Source of the DNA: Schizosaccharomyces osmophilus
Taxonomy: Eukaryota
Direction of reading: 5' to 3'
NCBI RefSeq assembly: GCF_027921745.1
Contig: NC_079239.1
Span: forward strand, 682,001 to 746,000
Length of the DNA: 64,000 bases
This document shows positions 34,329 through 46,920 of this stretch, piece after piece. Under the pieces are notes generated by a model, which did no database searches, was not told where the DNA came from, and worked only from the letters and a program-made list of their open reading frames with translations. Position numbers and translations under genes: made by a program. The first letter of the stretch is position 1, and each line of letters starts with the position of its first letter.

Positions 34329-34902
34329 TTCTTTTTATTTTTATTTTTGTTACGTTGGATTTTGCGTAAGTATTTTCATTAAATAGAGTTGAATACAACA
34401 ATAAAAATTACTGTGTTGTTTACGAGGACGAAATTCCTCAATCAATTCCCAAAGTGCAGCGATATTCATCAAAGAAGGTAACGAGATCCATTTCATTTTA
34501 ATACTATTCTTAGCTGAAATGGAAGGCTTTACGTACCGACAATGTCAGAACCATCAAGAGGTTTCCAAAGACTCTACAATGCAATCATGTTGTTCGTTTA
34601 CCACCTGAACTCCCTTTTTAGCGACATACTGTCACATTAAAAGGACAACCCCGTAGGCTTTGTCAATTTGATACCAACATCTATCGATTTAGATTTAGAT
34701 TTTATTTTATTTTATTTCTTTTTATTTTATATTACTTGAAAAAATATCCTCTTTGTTTATTTACATGTGGGTGCTCAAGTTAAGTTACCTGGCGCGCGTT
34801 GCTTTTAGGGCGCGAAATGGATGTTCGAAGGTTTCGTCCCTTATCCATTACCTTCTTTTAGTTGTACCCATATACTGATAGAGGAGTTCAATATCAAATT
34901 AA

Positions 34903-36166
34903 ATGAAACAGTATCAAGTTGATAAAGATCGCCAAATGACTTACAACGATATAGAAAAATTAATATACTTCAACAACAACTTTCTATCTGAATTGCCTGA
35001 ACCAAACACTGTTTTTAACAACTCTTTATGCTTTGAAAATCATAAAAATTCAAACACTTTTCCATTTGGAAACCCATCAGACTATTACTCTTTGCATAAT
35101 CCTGCCTGGGTTAGTCATACTGGGCTTCCTACTGAGGTAGGCGGCATCGAGGATGCTCACGACTCCCACAGTCCTCTACAGGATGTTCGAGAATATTTAA
35201 AAGATCATTTTCACGACGGTTTGGAAACCGAAGTTGGAAGAAGAAGCAGCAACTTATCAAATCACAGTACCCCCCAACAACATATCTATTCTGAAACACC
35301 GATGGACAGAGCCCTTCAATCAAACAATTCCATCTGTAACATTCTACCGAATACGTTCCCGAATCCAAAAATCGCTATGGAAAGTCACATCGGATATCGT
35401 CAGCATCCCAGTGATACCCCGGTCGCCAAAGAAAATCGGTGCTTTCTACTAGCGACTCTTCCTGAAAAAACAGCTACTGATGAACCATATCTAACCAATA
35501 TGAAACAAAGAAGTGCCTGTATCCGCCATTATTTACCTCACACCCCAATCCACCCAATGTTTCCTTCGTTTTATTCTGAATTACCAAAGCTTGCTCTTTT
35601 TCCCCTACCCAAACATCCGTTCGAAGAAGATGTGAAGTATATCAAATATTGTCCCATTGACGATTATTACTTGCCCCGATATACTCGTGGCCAGGGTAAG
35701 AAAAAAGAAGGCCTTTGCCCTATCTGTTGTTTACATAAAAGTTTCGTTTGGCTTCGAACGAAAACCAGCGCATACTGGTATCACATGAATTTTTTACATG
35801 GCATTCATAGTAAAGGCAGACCTTATCATCCGCCCATTGAGTTCCGCACAATTCCCGTTCGAAAGGTTAAGAGTATAATTGGGCTACCAGATAGACGTCA
35901 AATAGTACAGGGAAAATGTCATCAATGCAACCGTTGGGTTCGTTGCCAGGGTACGTATCTAAAAAAGAACTTGCTATCTAAAATTTGCTGCACAGTCGAG
36001 TTTTTTCTCTTAACTAATCTTTTTACTTTGTTTGGTTTTATTCATTAGACAAGACAGATTACTGACAACAGCAGGTCGAAAAGATGTCAAAGTAAAAGTT
36101 CCAGAAATATTTTGGTGGAAACACGCACACAAATGCCATTCAGTAGATGTGAACAATTTAACCTAA
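34903..36166 (+). CDS. meu26: Meiotically upregulated Meu26 (DUF4451-type Zn-binding C-terminus); exons 34903-35950, 36075-36166
   Basis: YLPRYTRGQG..KEGLCPIC, SAYWYHMNFLHGI and GKCHQC, spliced to GRKDVKVKVPEIFWWKHAHKCH. Confidence 0.88.
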
Positions 36167-36349
36167 AACAACGAAACTTTTCATGAAACCCAACCCGATG
36201 ATGAATGTGAAATATATTAAGAACTATTGTTTAATGAACATTTAATTTAATTTTATACATATACAATGAACCTTAATGCCACGATAAACCGAGAAATTGT
36301 CATTTCGTAGTAGTACACGAATATATATAAATTTTTTATCTCAAAAAAT

Positions 36350-37416
36350 CTAACCAACGTGCTTTCTTCTTCCAATTTGGGCTTGGTAACCTGTCTTAAT
36401 GGCTTGCACTGAACGAACAGATCCACAAGCTTCGCAAGTCATAAAGAAAATTCTGTTTTCCTTTGTAAGAATAGTATCTGGAGATTTACAGGTCTTGCAA
36501 GTTACATATTCAACAATATAACGACGAAGAACGTTTTCCATCTGCTTTTGTTGGAAACGACCTTTAATGATTAAACGAGAAGAACCATCAATACTACCAC
36601 TGGTACCTAATTCCGCAAACAAGAATTGAATCACATGATCTAAAGAACGATGCATGCGCTTAGCGATATCATTAATGTTTGCGAAAATAGTCTTTTTACC
36701 TTCACGATGAACGGAAGGAGGCACGATAGTGTATTTACGCTTTTCACCAGCAAGCTCAGGGTTATTGGTACGAAGGAGATTGAAGAATCTGTTCAACAAC
36801 TCAGGATAATAGTAATCACGGTCACTCTTCAACCAAGCATGTTCGCCCATGTTTTCAGAGTCAAAAGTTTGCTTACTGGCATCGACACCATCTCCAGTAG
36901 AAGAAGCTTCCAATTCCTTTTCGAAGGCGGACAAATCAGTGGTTTTTTTCTTTTTCTTCTTCTTCTTCATCGATGAAAAGTCTAATTCACCATTATCATT
37001 GATAACTTCCTCGTCTTTTTCACCTTCAGTATCACCAGAAGACTTCTTTGACTTCTTTTTCTTTTTCATACTGGCAAACATGTCCTTTAACTCATCAACT
37101 TCGCCCTCAGCGACAGGCTCAGTCAACCCTTTAGCATCTTCGCCATCGCCTTCCTGTTTATCATCAGAGGAATCGTCAGCGGGAGAAGATTCCCTTTGAT
37201 CTGGAGAATTCACTTCATCATCAAAGGCGACCGACTTTTTCGTTTTTTTCTTTTTTTCAGGAAGAGTGCCGTTAAGACCAACCTATAACATGTGTTAGCT
37301 ACTCCCTAGTTCCAAGAATTATTTAATCCAATAAAAAGTTTTCTTTCTATTTCAAAATCCTTTTTTTTGGCTCGTATTTGACTTACCTGGTCAATTACGG
37401 GTTCTTTGTCAGACAT
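36350..37416 (-). CDS. tif212: Translation initiation factor eIF2 beta; exons 37416-37387, 37282-36350
   Basis: Three poly-Lys boxes and a C-terminal CKTCKS...CEACGS zinc ribbon; canonical intron. Confidence 0.96.
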
Positions 37417-37692
37417 GGCTCTTTACAGAATTCAGTGGGAAGTTTAGATATTTTTAGCCATCCAGTTCAAACACAAAAATATCTGACTATGAAAAAAAAA
37501 ATACATAAATCATACAAAAGTATTCTATAAAGTAAGAATATATGGTTTTTCTATGTAATTTCTGTATTTTTACAGCAAGGGGTATCTTTCGACTATCCGC
37601 CTTCTTTTCTTTGTTCCGGAGCTGTTGACATATATAAAGGACGCGTCGCTCCACCAAATTGTGATTTTAACGGAACACTTAGAATATTCAGC

Positions 37693-39895
37693 ATGGATTA
37701 TTGGAATCAAGAAAGTATTGATTTGGCTCAAGTAGAGTTAGTATTTAAAGAATTGGCGTCTCGCCTTGAACATTTAGGTATATATTGGTTGAACAATCTT
37801 AAACTCCTCTTATGAACCAGTCCTTAAAAGTGATAATTGATAGAAGTTAACATACAATACTAGAAATGGATTCTAGCAACATTCTATTTCGGATTGCTGT
37901 AGGATCCCAACCAGACAAGTACTGGGAGTCGATAGCATTTGTACGCGAATTTTACAAAAATTTAGAGAGAAAACAGAAGGTTGAACCAGATGAAATCCGA
38001 AACCAAGTGCGTCTTTTGAGTGAAGCTAGCTTAATTTCTTGCCTTCGTTGGATTCTGCATCGTATCCCCGGAGGTGTAATTACATGGTCTACTTATAAAC
38101 TTTTCCAAGAAGCAGAATTAAGAGCTAATTACCCGAGTTCTGGGTTTAACATATTCATGAAACATGCGACTAAAAATTCCCACCATTTAAATGTGTTAAA
38201 ACATTTTCTAAAACTAATGATGAGTCTTTCTGCAAAAATGGCTACTAGCACACAAGTCCATAGAGGGTCTTCCTTGGAGTCGGTAGCTCAAATTGCTAGT
38301 ATTTGGGCTTTTGAATGGCCTCAAATGTCATTGCAAGATACACTTGAATACTGGAATAAGTAAGTTTTAATTGATTTCTAAGGTCATTTGGAAGCCTTGT
38401 ACTGTTTACTAACTGTTTTAGATGCTCAAATGCTTGTTTTCATCTTCTTCTTTGTTACATCCGTAGTATGGATAAGCAAGATCAATCCGGATTTTCCTGC
38501 TTGCCATATACATTACAAACCCAGGTTCAGCGATGCAAGTATCCTCCTCGAACTATCAACTATTTGAATGAAAAAGCTTCTTTAGTAAACTTCTCACTTA
38601 GTTCTTATTTTTCAAAGGATCCTTTGGAGATCATCCAGCTGGTTTTTCAAATGCCTGTACCACGGAATATATCTTCCTCATTACCCCGACGTTTTGAAGA
38701 TGTACAAACAAAATGTTTGTCCACCCTGCAACAAGTTAGCAAGCGCACATCCTATCATTCTGTATTTTCTATCCAAGAATCTGCATGGTCCAGTTTTATT
38801 AACAATGGATTCAACCATCCAATTGCTCCTACCAAAACTCAAGAAACGGTTTGCTCTATTTTGTCTGGGGAAATCTCTACTTCTGATTTCCCCCACGTGG
38901 CTCCGTTGGACCAGGTTTCTTCTTTAGATAAAAACATCGCCAACCAATGTTCGTTTGAAAGTATTTCACCCGTTAGTTCCTCAAAAAACCTTTGGTGGCT
39001 TTGGGTCGAATCTCGCTGCCCCGAAATTCCAGAATCGAAGCGAACCGCCTTCATGAATTGCACTATGATGCTGGATAAAATGGATAAGCTATTAATTTTC
39101 GAACAGAGCGTTCCTACTCCAAATTTACTAACCCAGCAAAATGACTATCAAGCAAAAACAACATTATTAAACAAAATACGGTCATCTTTTAAACGCGTCA
39201 TAAAACCGAGAAAGTTTCACAAAAAAACATCTATGCTTACTAACTCACCAAGAAGAAGTTGCCAAAGCGTGTTATATGAAAGTAACCGTGCTATTTTACT
39301 TCATTTGGCCGATCAAATGAACCAATTATCATCAGCTGATGCTTATAAAAACGAGGTTAAACCATTAAATCTGATATCTGAGCATAAAGAAGACTGGGAT
39401 CCCGAAGCAACGGGATATGTGAATACTCTCTTAAACTGGGCAAACAAGCGACAGTCCATTTACGATGAACCAATTAAACTGACATACCCAAATAATATAA
39501 ACCCTCATCAGTCTAATGACGAAAAAGCTTCCTCTTCGGCTTCTATCAACAAGTTTATGTCTTCATCGTTGACTGCAACCAGTGATAACTCCTCGATTAC
39601 TGGGGGTTCTACTTTCTCATCAATTGAAAGTCAACCGAAAAGTCAACCGAAGAATATCCCTGCAGGTTTAAACAGGAATAATAAACCAAAAAATTTGCCT
39701 ACCATGCTTGCAAAGAAGATGTCTATTAGCAATCATCGTGGTGCGTCATCAGCTGCCAAAACTGAAAAGAATATTCGACCACCATTGAAGGATTGGGACT
39801 CGACTGAGACGATGTCACCTATGTTTACAAAGGCCACGAATTCAGCGAGAAGCAGCCCTTTTTCTCTCGATCGTACAATGAGTACACGTGCATAA
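37693..39895 (+). CDS. mug8: Mug8 (Msb1/Mug8 RhoGAP-like domain); exons 37693-37777, 37864-38359, 38422-39895
   Basis: LISCLRWILHRIPGGVITWSTYKLF motif; two canonical introns restore the frame; syntenic. Confidence 0.85.
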
Positions 39896-40202
39896 ACTTT
39901 TGAAATTTTAAAGTGATGCGATGCTATCTAATACTTAATATTGAGGTACCATGGAAGTTAACGGGTTAATTATTTGTCTTGTCTAATCTATACAATTTGG
40001 AGAAATTTATTGCTAAAACGTTCACATTTATTACCTAATAAATATACTACTTTATCACTTTTAAATTTAGAAGAATAAAATAATTATAATGAACAAACCT
40101 GAGTACGGTCGAAGTATTCAAATTTGGATCATAAAGTCGTAAAAATAATTGTTCAACAAAATTTGAACGACAATATACCACCAACAGTATTAAATTAACA
40201 AA

Positions 40203-42704
40203 TTAAGTAACTGCTGTTTGGTGTTTGAAAGCATCATGCTTTCGGTTGGGAGCATCAGTATGACGGAACAGGACTTCTGGAGAACGCTGCTCGTCTCCAA
40301 AACTACCTATAGAATGTTCAGTCAAACTGTGTCTTTTAGTGTTTGCGTTCGGAGGAAGTGGTATTTCAGTTACGTTTCCGAGAGCCATTTGATCACTCAG
40401 GATTGTTTGGTTTAAACTGTCATTCGCAGAAGGCTGCTGCTCTTCATTCAAAGTTCTTGCGGTTGGTGGACGGTTCTTAGATGAGGTACGCTTTGACTTT
40501 TTCGAACGTTGTGAACGACGTGATACTCCAGCAGCACTGGCACCTCCCATGGCTCCTAAACTATCATAAATAGGGGAATGCCAAGTAGACCCGGAAAGAG
40601 CCGATCGTCTTAGACTTTCACCTTCCTCTAAGTTGTGAGAAGGAAGCACAATGTTGCTGAGCTCACTGTTCTGTTCGTGAAGAGCCACACGAACTTTTTG
40701 GTTCGAACCAGAAGATTGAGAGCGTTGTTGCATTGCTGACATCTTATTATATACAGTCTTGCCATAAACCTTTGTTCTCGAATCCTGTTCTCTTGTAGGC
40801 TTGCTGGATTGTCTTTCCAATTCATTTTGAGCTTCTCTATGTATCTCATAGCACTGCCTGTCTAACTGCTCAACAGTTCGTCGAATTGAGAGTTCCAAAG
40901 ACCTTGCTACAGTTTTTCGGATGTAAGTCATCATTGACGGCTTAAGGAAGTTCAATAGAGCTTTGTGTCTTGACTTTCTAAGTTTGAGCTTGATGTTGTG
41001 AACATCCACTTTGACATGGTCTAGCCGAAAGAATGAACCAGGAAGTTCGCGATTAGGAGTTTTAGGAGTCGCCGACAAGGCAAGATCAACAACCATGCCT
41101 TGTTTACGAATAGCAAGATCTACGATTCCCTGATCGACAAATTTAGGAAATCCTTGCTTACGCCTAATATAATAATTGACGTTCTTGAGATCAGTTTGGA
41201 TATGGGCAAGATGAAGGTGAACTAAATGATCTTGAATAGAGGAGACGTTTCCGTAGGGGGAAAATCTCATGAGGTTATTGTTTCGAAATTCCGCAATTTT
41301 TGGTAGAATGTTAATTGTTTGAAGGTTAAGGTTCTCTAGGACGATGTCAAAAGCAGGTTGCTCAATTTCAAGCCGAGGAATTGGGAAGTACTGAATTCGG
41401 GTGAGAATGACAGGTATGCTTAACTGTAGAATTTCATAGATTAAATTCTTTTTCAAGGATGTTTCTCCACCCTTATGTTCGACCAAAGTATTGTACAGTC
41501 TCTTGCCATCATCTCCTAAATAGCGATAGCTTTTATCGGAAGCTGCACTGTCTGTAATGGATTTAGACTCAGAGCATAATTCATCCCAATGGTGTTTGTA
41601 ACGTCCTTTCATGAATCCGCGTCCGCGGTCGTAAAGCTCATTATACTCGTCTGTGGCAGCCTGAGTAACGGCGTAACCCTTTTTCAAAACAAATTTTCTC
41701 AAATAAGCATAACAGTCTTGAAACCACTGTTTAAATTCTCCGTCTTCTTGAGCACTTTGATAGAACCTCTTGAAAATATTATTTAGAGGTTGCAGGGAGT
41801 GATTGACAACATTTTCAGCAAGCTCTCGAAGATAACGCAAAGAGCGTTCAGTGTGGTCATTCGTTTCAACTTGTAATTTGCCTTGCTTGTCACCAAGCTC
41901 ATGGACAAATCTTTCAACCAAACCCAGAAGGCTCTGCAGGGGATGCTGGTAAGCCCTATCCTGTTGTAAGTCCACGACGAGGTGCTTCAATTGATCCATA
42001 ATTTTACGCAATTCGGAACTAGTTTCTTCTCTAACTTGTCGTGTTTGGGGATCATTGAAGGCCTGGTTCGTCTTTGATGGCTGGCCGTCAAGTTGTTTTC
42101 CTCTTTGTTTTCCAGTAGAAAACGTGGAAGAGTTGACTCCATCATGTTTCTGAGTTCGTGAAGAATCCTTCTGACCAATTTTTCCTTGCTGTGGATCGAG
42201 CTGGTTGAATTTTTGCTGTGTTAGCTTCGAACCTTGACGGCCGAACAGGGCAAGAACATCTCGCAAAATTTCACGCAAATGGCTGTTGTTGAAGAATAAA
42301 ATAAAAAACTGTTTGAGATCTTCACGATTCAAGCCTTGACCATCCACGTTCTCAGTTACATCGTTCCAAACGTCAGGTGCGTTCGTTGAAGCTTTGGATT
42401 GCGTCAACTCATAGACAGCATTTTGCAAAAGATCACCACGGTTCTTTTTATTGAGCAATGTATAGGAGTCATCGACTATTTCCGAAAAGTGACTGAAGAA
42501 GTCTCGGGCATCTTTTGACATGTTTCGTTTTACGTCTTGAGCAATCGATTGAGAACCCTCTGAGATCGCCGAAAATAGACCTCCTAATTGCTGATTATTT
42601 GGCATCTTGCCCGACGATAATGCCTCCCAAATGGCAAATAGATGCAGCCCTTTGTGCGTATGCTCATCTTGCACACCTTCATTTGTAGGATACGCTACCG
42701 ACAT
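40203..42704 (-). CDS. Conserved fungal protein (SPAC32A11.02c-like; DUF4449/HAM1-like)
   Basis: 833-aa ORF with GKMPNNQQL, PIPRLE and DIVLENL motifs. Confidence 0.8.
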   Translation of the reverse strand: MSVAYPTNEGVQDEHTHKGLHLFAIWEALSSGKMPNNQQLGGLFSAISEGSQSIAQDVKRNMSKDARDFFSHFSEIVDDSYTLLNKKNRGDLLQNAVYELTQSKASTNAPDVWNDVTENVDGQGLNREDLKQFFILFFNNSHLREILRDVLALFGRQGSKLTQQKFNQLDPQQGKIGQKDSSRTQKHDGVNSSTFSTGKQRGKQLDGQPSKTNQAFNDPQTRQVREETSSELRKIMDQLKHLVVDLQQDRAYQHPLQSLLGLVERFVHELGDKQGKLQVETNDHTERSLRYLRELAENVVNHSLQPLNNIFKRFYQSAQEDGEFKQWFQDCYAYLRKFVLKKGYAVTQAATDEYNELYDRGRGFMKGRYKHHWDELCSESKSITDSAASDKSYRYLGDDGKRLYNTLVEHKGGETSLKKNLIYEILQLSIPVILTRIQYFPIPRLEIEQPAFDIVLENLNLQTINILPKIAEFRNNNLMRFSPYGNVSSIQDHLVHLHLAHIQTDLKNVNYYIRRKQGFPKFVDQGIVDLAIRKQGMVVDLALSATPKTPNRELPGSFFRLDHVKVDVHNIKLKLRKSRHKALLNFLKPSMMTYIRKTVARSLELSIRRTVEQLDRQCYEIHREAQNELERQSSKPTREQDSRTKVYGKTVYNKMSAMQQRSQSSGSNQKVRVALHEQNSELSNIVLPSHNLEEGESLRRSALSGSTWHSPIYDSLGAMGGASAAGVSRRSQRSKKSKRTSSKNRPPTARTLNEEQQPSANDSLNQTILSDQMALGNVTEIPLPPNANTKRHSLTEHSIGSFGDEQRSPEVLFRHTDAPNRKHDAFKHQTAVT

Positions 42705-42952
42705 ATTTGTTTTGTCTTAAAATATCGGCGTCTCAATTTCAATCAAACTTTTCGTTTCTGGATCTAATAATGGTCTTGATTCTTTTATATTTTTTGTTAA
42801 CGTTGCTGATTTGGTCCACCAAAAGGCCTTTTATTAAAACTTTATGAGCTTGTTTTGTATCTGAGCTTCCGAACTTTGAATCACTTGGTAATATTTCAGT
42901 AGAAATAGATACTACATGGGTACCCTTTCCTGTTTATGTACTTTGTTTTTCG

Positions 42953-43160
42953 TTACGTTAGTTATGACTCACAGTGATTATTAAATGACGTTCTTTTCAC
43001 ATAGATCATGACCTACAATGTAATTTTTCGTTTCTGAATACCTATAATTATTAATATCGATTATATTAAAACAACTCTTCCATACGTTGATTTCATGACA
43101 TCGCTATTACCAAAAACGACAAATGTCTTGTTTGAATCCAGTGTTGTAAGAAAATGACGT
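42953..43160. promoter_or_regulatory. CRE/ATF (Atf1-Pcr1) and AP-1-like motifs upstream of the 40203-42704 gene
   Basis: ATGACGT at 42985 and 43154, ATGACTCA at 42964, TTACGTTA at 42953. Confidence 0.5.
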
Positions 43161-43742
43161 CGAAAATCAGTGTTACTTATTCTCTCGTTTCAATACACTT
43201 TGTGACATTGAGTCAAACAACCTTTCGGTAAATGCATTGTGGGGTCTTTCGCTTTTAAAGAAACATAGTTTGTAAAAAATTCGAAGAAAAATGCGTAGAA
43301 ATGGAGGTTGTCTTAACCAGTTTCTTCTCCTTTGTATTCTTAATATATTATGCACTCTTCGTTTTCTCTTCCCCATCAACTCTTCCAACTGTCGGTTTTG
43401 ATGAAAAGAAAAAAAGGAGTCTTTGGTACGCGTCAACGAAACTCGTACCTTATCATAGTTCATATGAATTTATCGATTGTCCCATTGTTGCTTTGAACAA
43501 GAAATAAGAAAATATTAATGAAAATAAAATCGTCCAGCGACATAAAAAAATCGTATACCATGCACGCTTTTCATCAACACCAATGATAAGTCCATATATG
43601 TATCATATATACAGGAAAAGAATAAAAAACGCAAACAAACAAGATGATTTCTATCTTAATACACACACAGGCACAAATGTTGTTCTCCAGGAAAGGCGAG
43701 TATTAGGCCTCTTAATGAATCCATGACAGATATTTGATAGTA

Positions 43743-43745
<3 letters not shown>

Positions 43746-43786
<41 letters not shown>

Positions 43787-43847
43787 GCATCACCATTCCA
43801 TGACCGTTTAAACAGATCTCAACACCAAAAAAAAAAAAAAAAAAAAA
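43746..43847. repeat. T38 and A21 homopolymer tracts downstream of phx1
   Basis: T run 43746-43783 and A run 43827-43847. Confidence 0.9.
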
Positions 43848-43915
43848 GAAGAAAAGGAAGAAAAGGAAAATGCTAATAGTGTCCCAAATTCCATTAAGGA
43901 ACGTTTCCTTGCATA

Positions 43916-46432
43916 CTAGATGTTGCTTCCTCTTTTTTTAATAGAATCAGAAGGAATCGCCTGTGGATACAATACCGTGTTTTGCTCTCCTTCATCTTTA
44001 ATTCCAATTCTCTCAGATATTGCAGAAGCACTAGGTATCCTCGGTGTCTGCAAATGCAGTTGTGGTACTCTTCCGGTGTACTCTGATTGTATGTTCTGAT
44101 CTTTGAAGGGATATTTTGAAAAAGGTTTTGATATATGTTTTTTTTCTCCCACACCTGGTTTCATTTTATAATCCGTGTTTTCCACGCCTGTACCAGCAGG
44201 CAACGTATCCACTGACGACCTGGGCTGCATCATAAGTTGGTCTTCAGGAAAATGGAAAGCATCACTAGAGTTTACTTCGTTCTTCCCTCCTGTTTCATTC
44301 GTTGTATCGGGGTTCATGTACATAAAGGGATTCAACTGAGAAAAGCTTCCTCTGGGGAATGAACGTAGTTCAGGCGGTGCCGATAATGGAAATGATACAT
44401 TCGTATTACTTGCTTCATAAGGTTTGGAATACTCGATCGCTGTTTCTGCGTTCTCGGATGCAAGAGGTGATTCCTTAAAAAGCATGTTTTTTTGGTTTCT
44501 CTCAAAATTTGCTGCTTCCGGTGATCTCAAAAAATGCAATTCCTGCTTTTCTTGTTCGGAAATCGGATTTTCTTCGTTTTCCTTTTCCTTTGGAATTACA
44601 TTCGCCTCATCCTTTACTGTTACAAACTCTTCTTCTTGATAACTTGAGGGCGGATGTATGCTTTTTTGCAACTTAATGACAGATCCTAATTCTGGTGAAG
44701 CTTCCCGGATACGATTGAGCATCAGAAATATACTGCTAGCAGGTCCAATTAAAGAATGACCCAATACTTCTGAGGCTTGGTTTCCTTCGGTAAAGTCTGT
44801 ACAATTTTCTTGTCCCTCAGAAGTTATCATGTGAAACACAGGAGGGATTGTCAGTTGGATATCGACTTGAAGCCAAGATTCGTTAGGACCGGGTCTTTCT
44901 CGAGGTGGGGCCGCAACATTCAGATCACTTAATAAAGGATCATCGACACGGGTTACGTGTATGGATTCAACTACAAAAAAGGAGTACTCTATACGATATT
45001 GAATTCCTTCGTACTGTATCAGGTATGCAAACAATCTCTTTGGAGGCGAGTAAAAACACATCAAGTCCTGAGGTGTTAACCGCAATCGTTTCCATAGACC
45101 AATGATCAGAAGAGCGCAGGCAAAATAGTAGAATTCAGAAGAACTACTTTTAGTAGAACCTGAGTTGTCTTGAACTTGTAGAGAAGGAATTAAGCGAGTG
45201 GAAGAATATCTTCTTGCTGCTGGCATAGGGGATATATTGTTGGCCATTTTCGAGTCGTAATATTGACTCTCCTGTGGAAAGCTCTGTTCAAAATTACCAC
45301 TACCGTAAGCCGAGGGAAGGCTTGCTGAAACTGCTGATAAAGAAGGGAAAGTACCAGAAGAAGGATATTTCGAGAAATTGTTTGGAGCAGCTGCAGAACG
45401 AATTGGTAAATTACTGTTTGGAGTATGGGAGATTGAATATCTTTGTTGAAAACGAGGATTAGTACTTCCCGGGAAGACATGCTTATATGACGGATTTACC
45501 ATGGGTTGTTCCAACGCAGGATTCTCTAATGAAGAAGGGGTAGGTTTTAGTGGGGATTGATGTGAAGAATACGTATTCCTATACCTTTTACTTGGCTTTG
45601 GGAGTAATGTATTCATATATGGTAAGGGCTGACCGTATCTTGAATTGAAGCCGGGTTTGGGGTTGTTTTCGGAATTGGACTCTATTTCACGCGCAAAAGC
45701 CTGGGACACTTGTTGGTTTAGATTATCCAGTTCCAGTTGTTCAGTCAAAAATTTCTGACGCTCTTCTTCTTGGCGTCTGGAGATTAATTTTGCTTTCGCG
45801 CGTCGGTTCTGAAACCAAATAGTGACACTTCGCTCAGGGAGGTTAAGTTCTCTAGCAATATCTTCTCGGACTGAAGGGGAGGGATTTGCATCCTTTGCAA
45901 ACTGACGTAAAAGGTAGTTCAACTGTTCAGGAACCAGTCTTTGCTTTTTGCCTTTCGGCGCGGGAGAGTTGAAGGATTGTTCAAAAGAGGTTTCCTTTAC
46001 TGGAGCAGTTGAACTAGAAACCGATACCCTTGGTCCAAATTCTTCTGTACGACTTGTTTCTGGAAACAATGGGAAGTACTTGGATGAATCTGAGGGTTTG
46101 TCAAGGCTTGAATTGACATCCCTGCTAAATCCAACAGCTGAAGCTTCTTGATTTGAAATTTCTTTAGAAATTGGCTCACGCACTGATCCCTCTGGTAACT
46201 TTTGTACATTTGGAAAAGTTAATAGCTCCTGATTGGAAAAAGCAGTGATGGAAGAATTGTTAGGGGGAGGCCCATAAGTGTTGTAAGAAGGAGCAAAAAT
46301 TGAATTGACGTCGTACTGCTGTGTGGAGGAATCTGGATCTCTCTCTATAGGAAGAACAGAATTACCGGCAGCATTAGCTTCCATTTCTTTTCGCATTTGA
46401 CGTCGACTAGATTGCTGAGGATATTGTTGCAT
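43916..46432 (-). CDS. phx1: Homeobox transcription factor Phx1
   Basis: Homeodomain KKQRLVPEQLNYL...ERSVTIWFQNRRAKAK; syntenic. Confidence 0.93.
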   Translation of the reverse strand: MQQYPQQSSRRQMRKEMEANAAGNSVLPIERDPDSSTQQYDVNSIFAPSYNTYGPPPNNSSITAFSNQELLTFPNVQKLPEGSVREPISKEISNQEASAVGFSRDVNSSLDKPSDSSKYFPLFPETSRTEEFGPRVSVSSSTAPVKETSFEQSFNSPAPKGKKQRLVPEQLNYLLRQFAKDANPSPSVREDIARELNLPERSVTIWFQNRRAKAKLISRRQEEERQKFLTEQLELDNLNQQVSQAFAREIESNSENNPKPGFNSRYGQPLPYMNTLLPKPSKRYRNTYSSHQSPLKPTPSSLENPALEQPMVNPSYKHVFPGSTNPRFQQRYSISHTPNSNLPIRSAAAPNNFSKYPSSGTFPSLSAVSASLPSAYGSGNFEQSFPQESQYYDSKMANNISPMPAARRYSSTRLIPSLQVQDNSGSTKSSSSEFYYFACALLIIGLWKRLRLTPQDLMCFYSPPKRLFAYLIQYEGIQYRIEYSFFVVESIHVTRVDDPLLSDLNVAAPPRERPGPNESWLQVDIQLTIPPVFHMITSEGQENCTDFTEGNQASEVLGHSLIGPASSIFLMLNRIREASPELGSVIKLQKSIHPPSSYQEEEFVTVKDEANVIPKEKENEENPISEQEKQELHFLRSPEAANFERNQKNMLFKESPLASENAETAIEYSKPYEASNTNVSFPLSAPPELRSFPRGSFSQLNPFMYMNPDTTNETGGKNEVNSSDAFHFPEDQLMMQPRSSVDTLPAGTGVENTDYKMKPGVGEKKHISKPFSKYPFKDQNIQSEYTGRVPQLHLQTPRIPSASAISERIGIKDEGEQNTVLYPQAIPSDSIKKRGSNI

Positions 46433-46880
46433 TACTAAACAACAAGAAAAAGCAATGAAGAAGTACTTATATCGTAATGGATAATAAATGTCCTTCGTCT
46501 TCTTGGGGTGTCAAGTTGCTGAATATAAATGAATGCAGTGTGAGCAGGAAAACAAGCCATAAAGTTCAATGGTTTATAGAATCTGCTTTTTTTTTCTGTT
46601 CAAACCACTGTAAGATGTGTGATTTGAAGAAGGCGTTTTATAATCTAAACCGAGTTTGCTAAACCAAACTGTATAACCTAAATGGCAAATAAATACAAAT
46701 TGCTTCACCAGAAAGAAAAAGGATGAGGAATTGGATGTTTAAACTCACCTGTGACACCTTTCGAAACAGCCAATTCAATGTGCTTTCGTTTCCGAGCTCA
46801 ATTTCACGATCAGTACTCTTAACCAGAATTTGAATCCGGCTTCGCTTCAAGATTTCCTCTGATTTTTTAAATATATAAAT

Positions 46881-46882
<2 letters not shown>

Positions 46883-46912
<30 letters not shown>
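46883..46912. repeat. (AT)n microsatellite, ~15 units
   Basis: ATATAT... run upstream of phx1. Confidence 0.9.
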
Positions 46913-46920
<8 letters not shown>

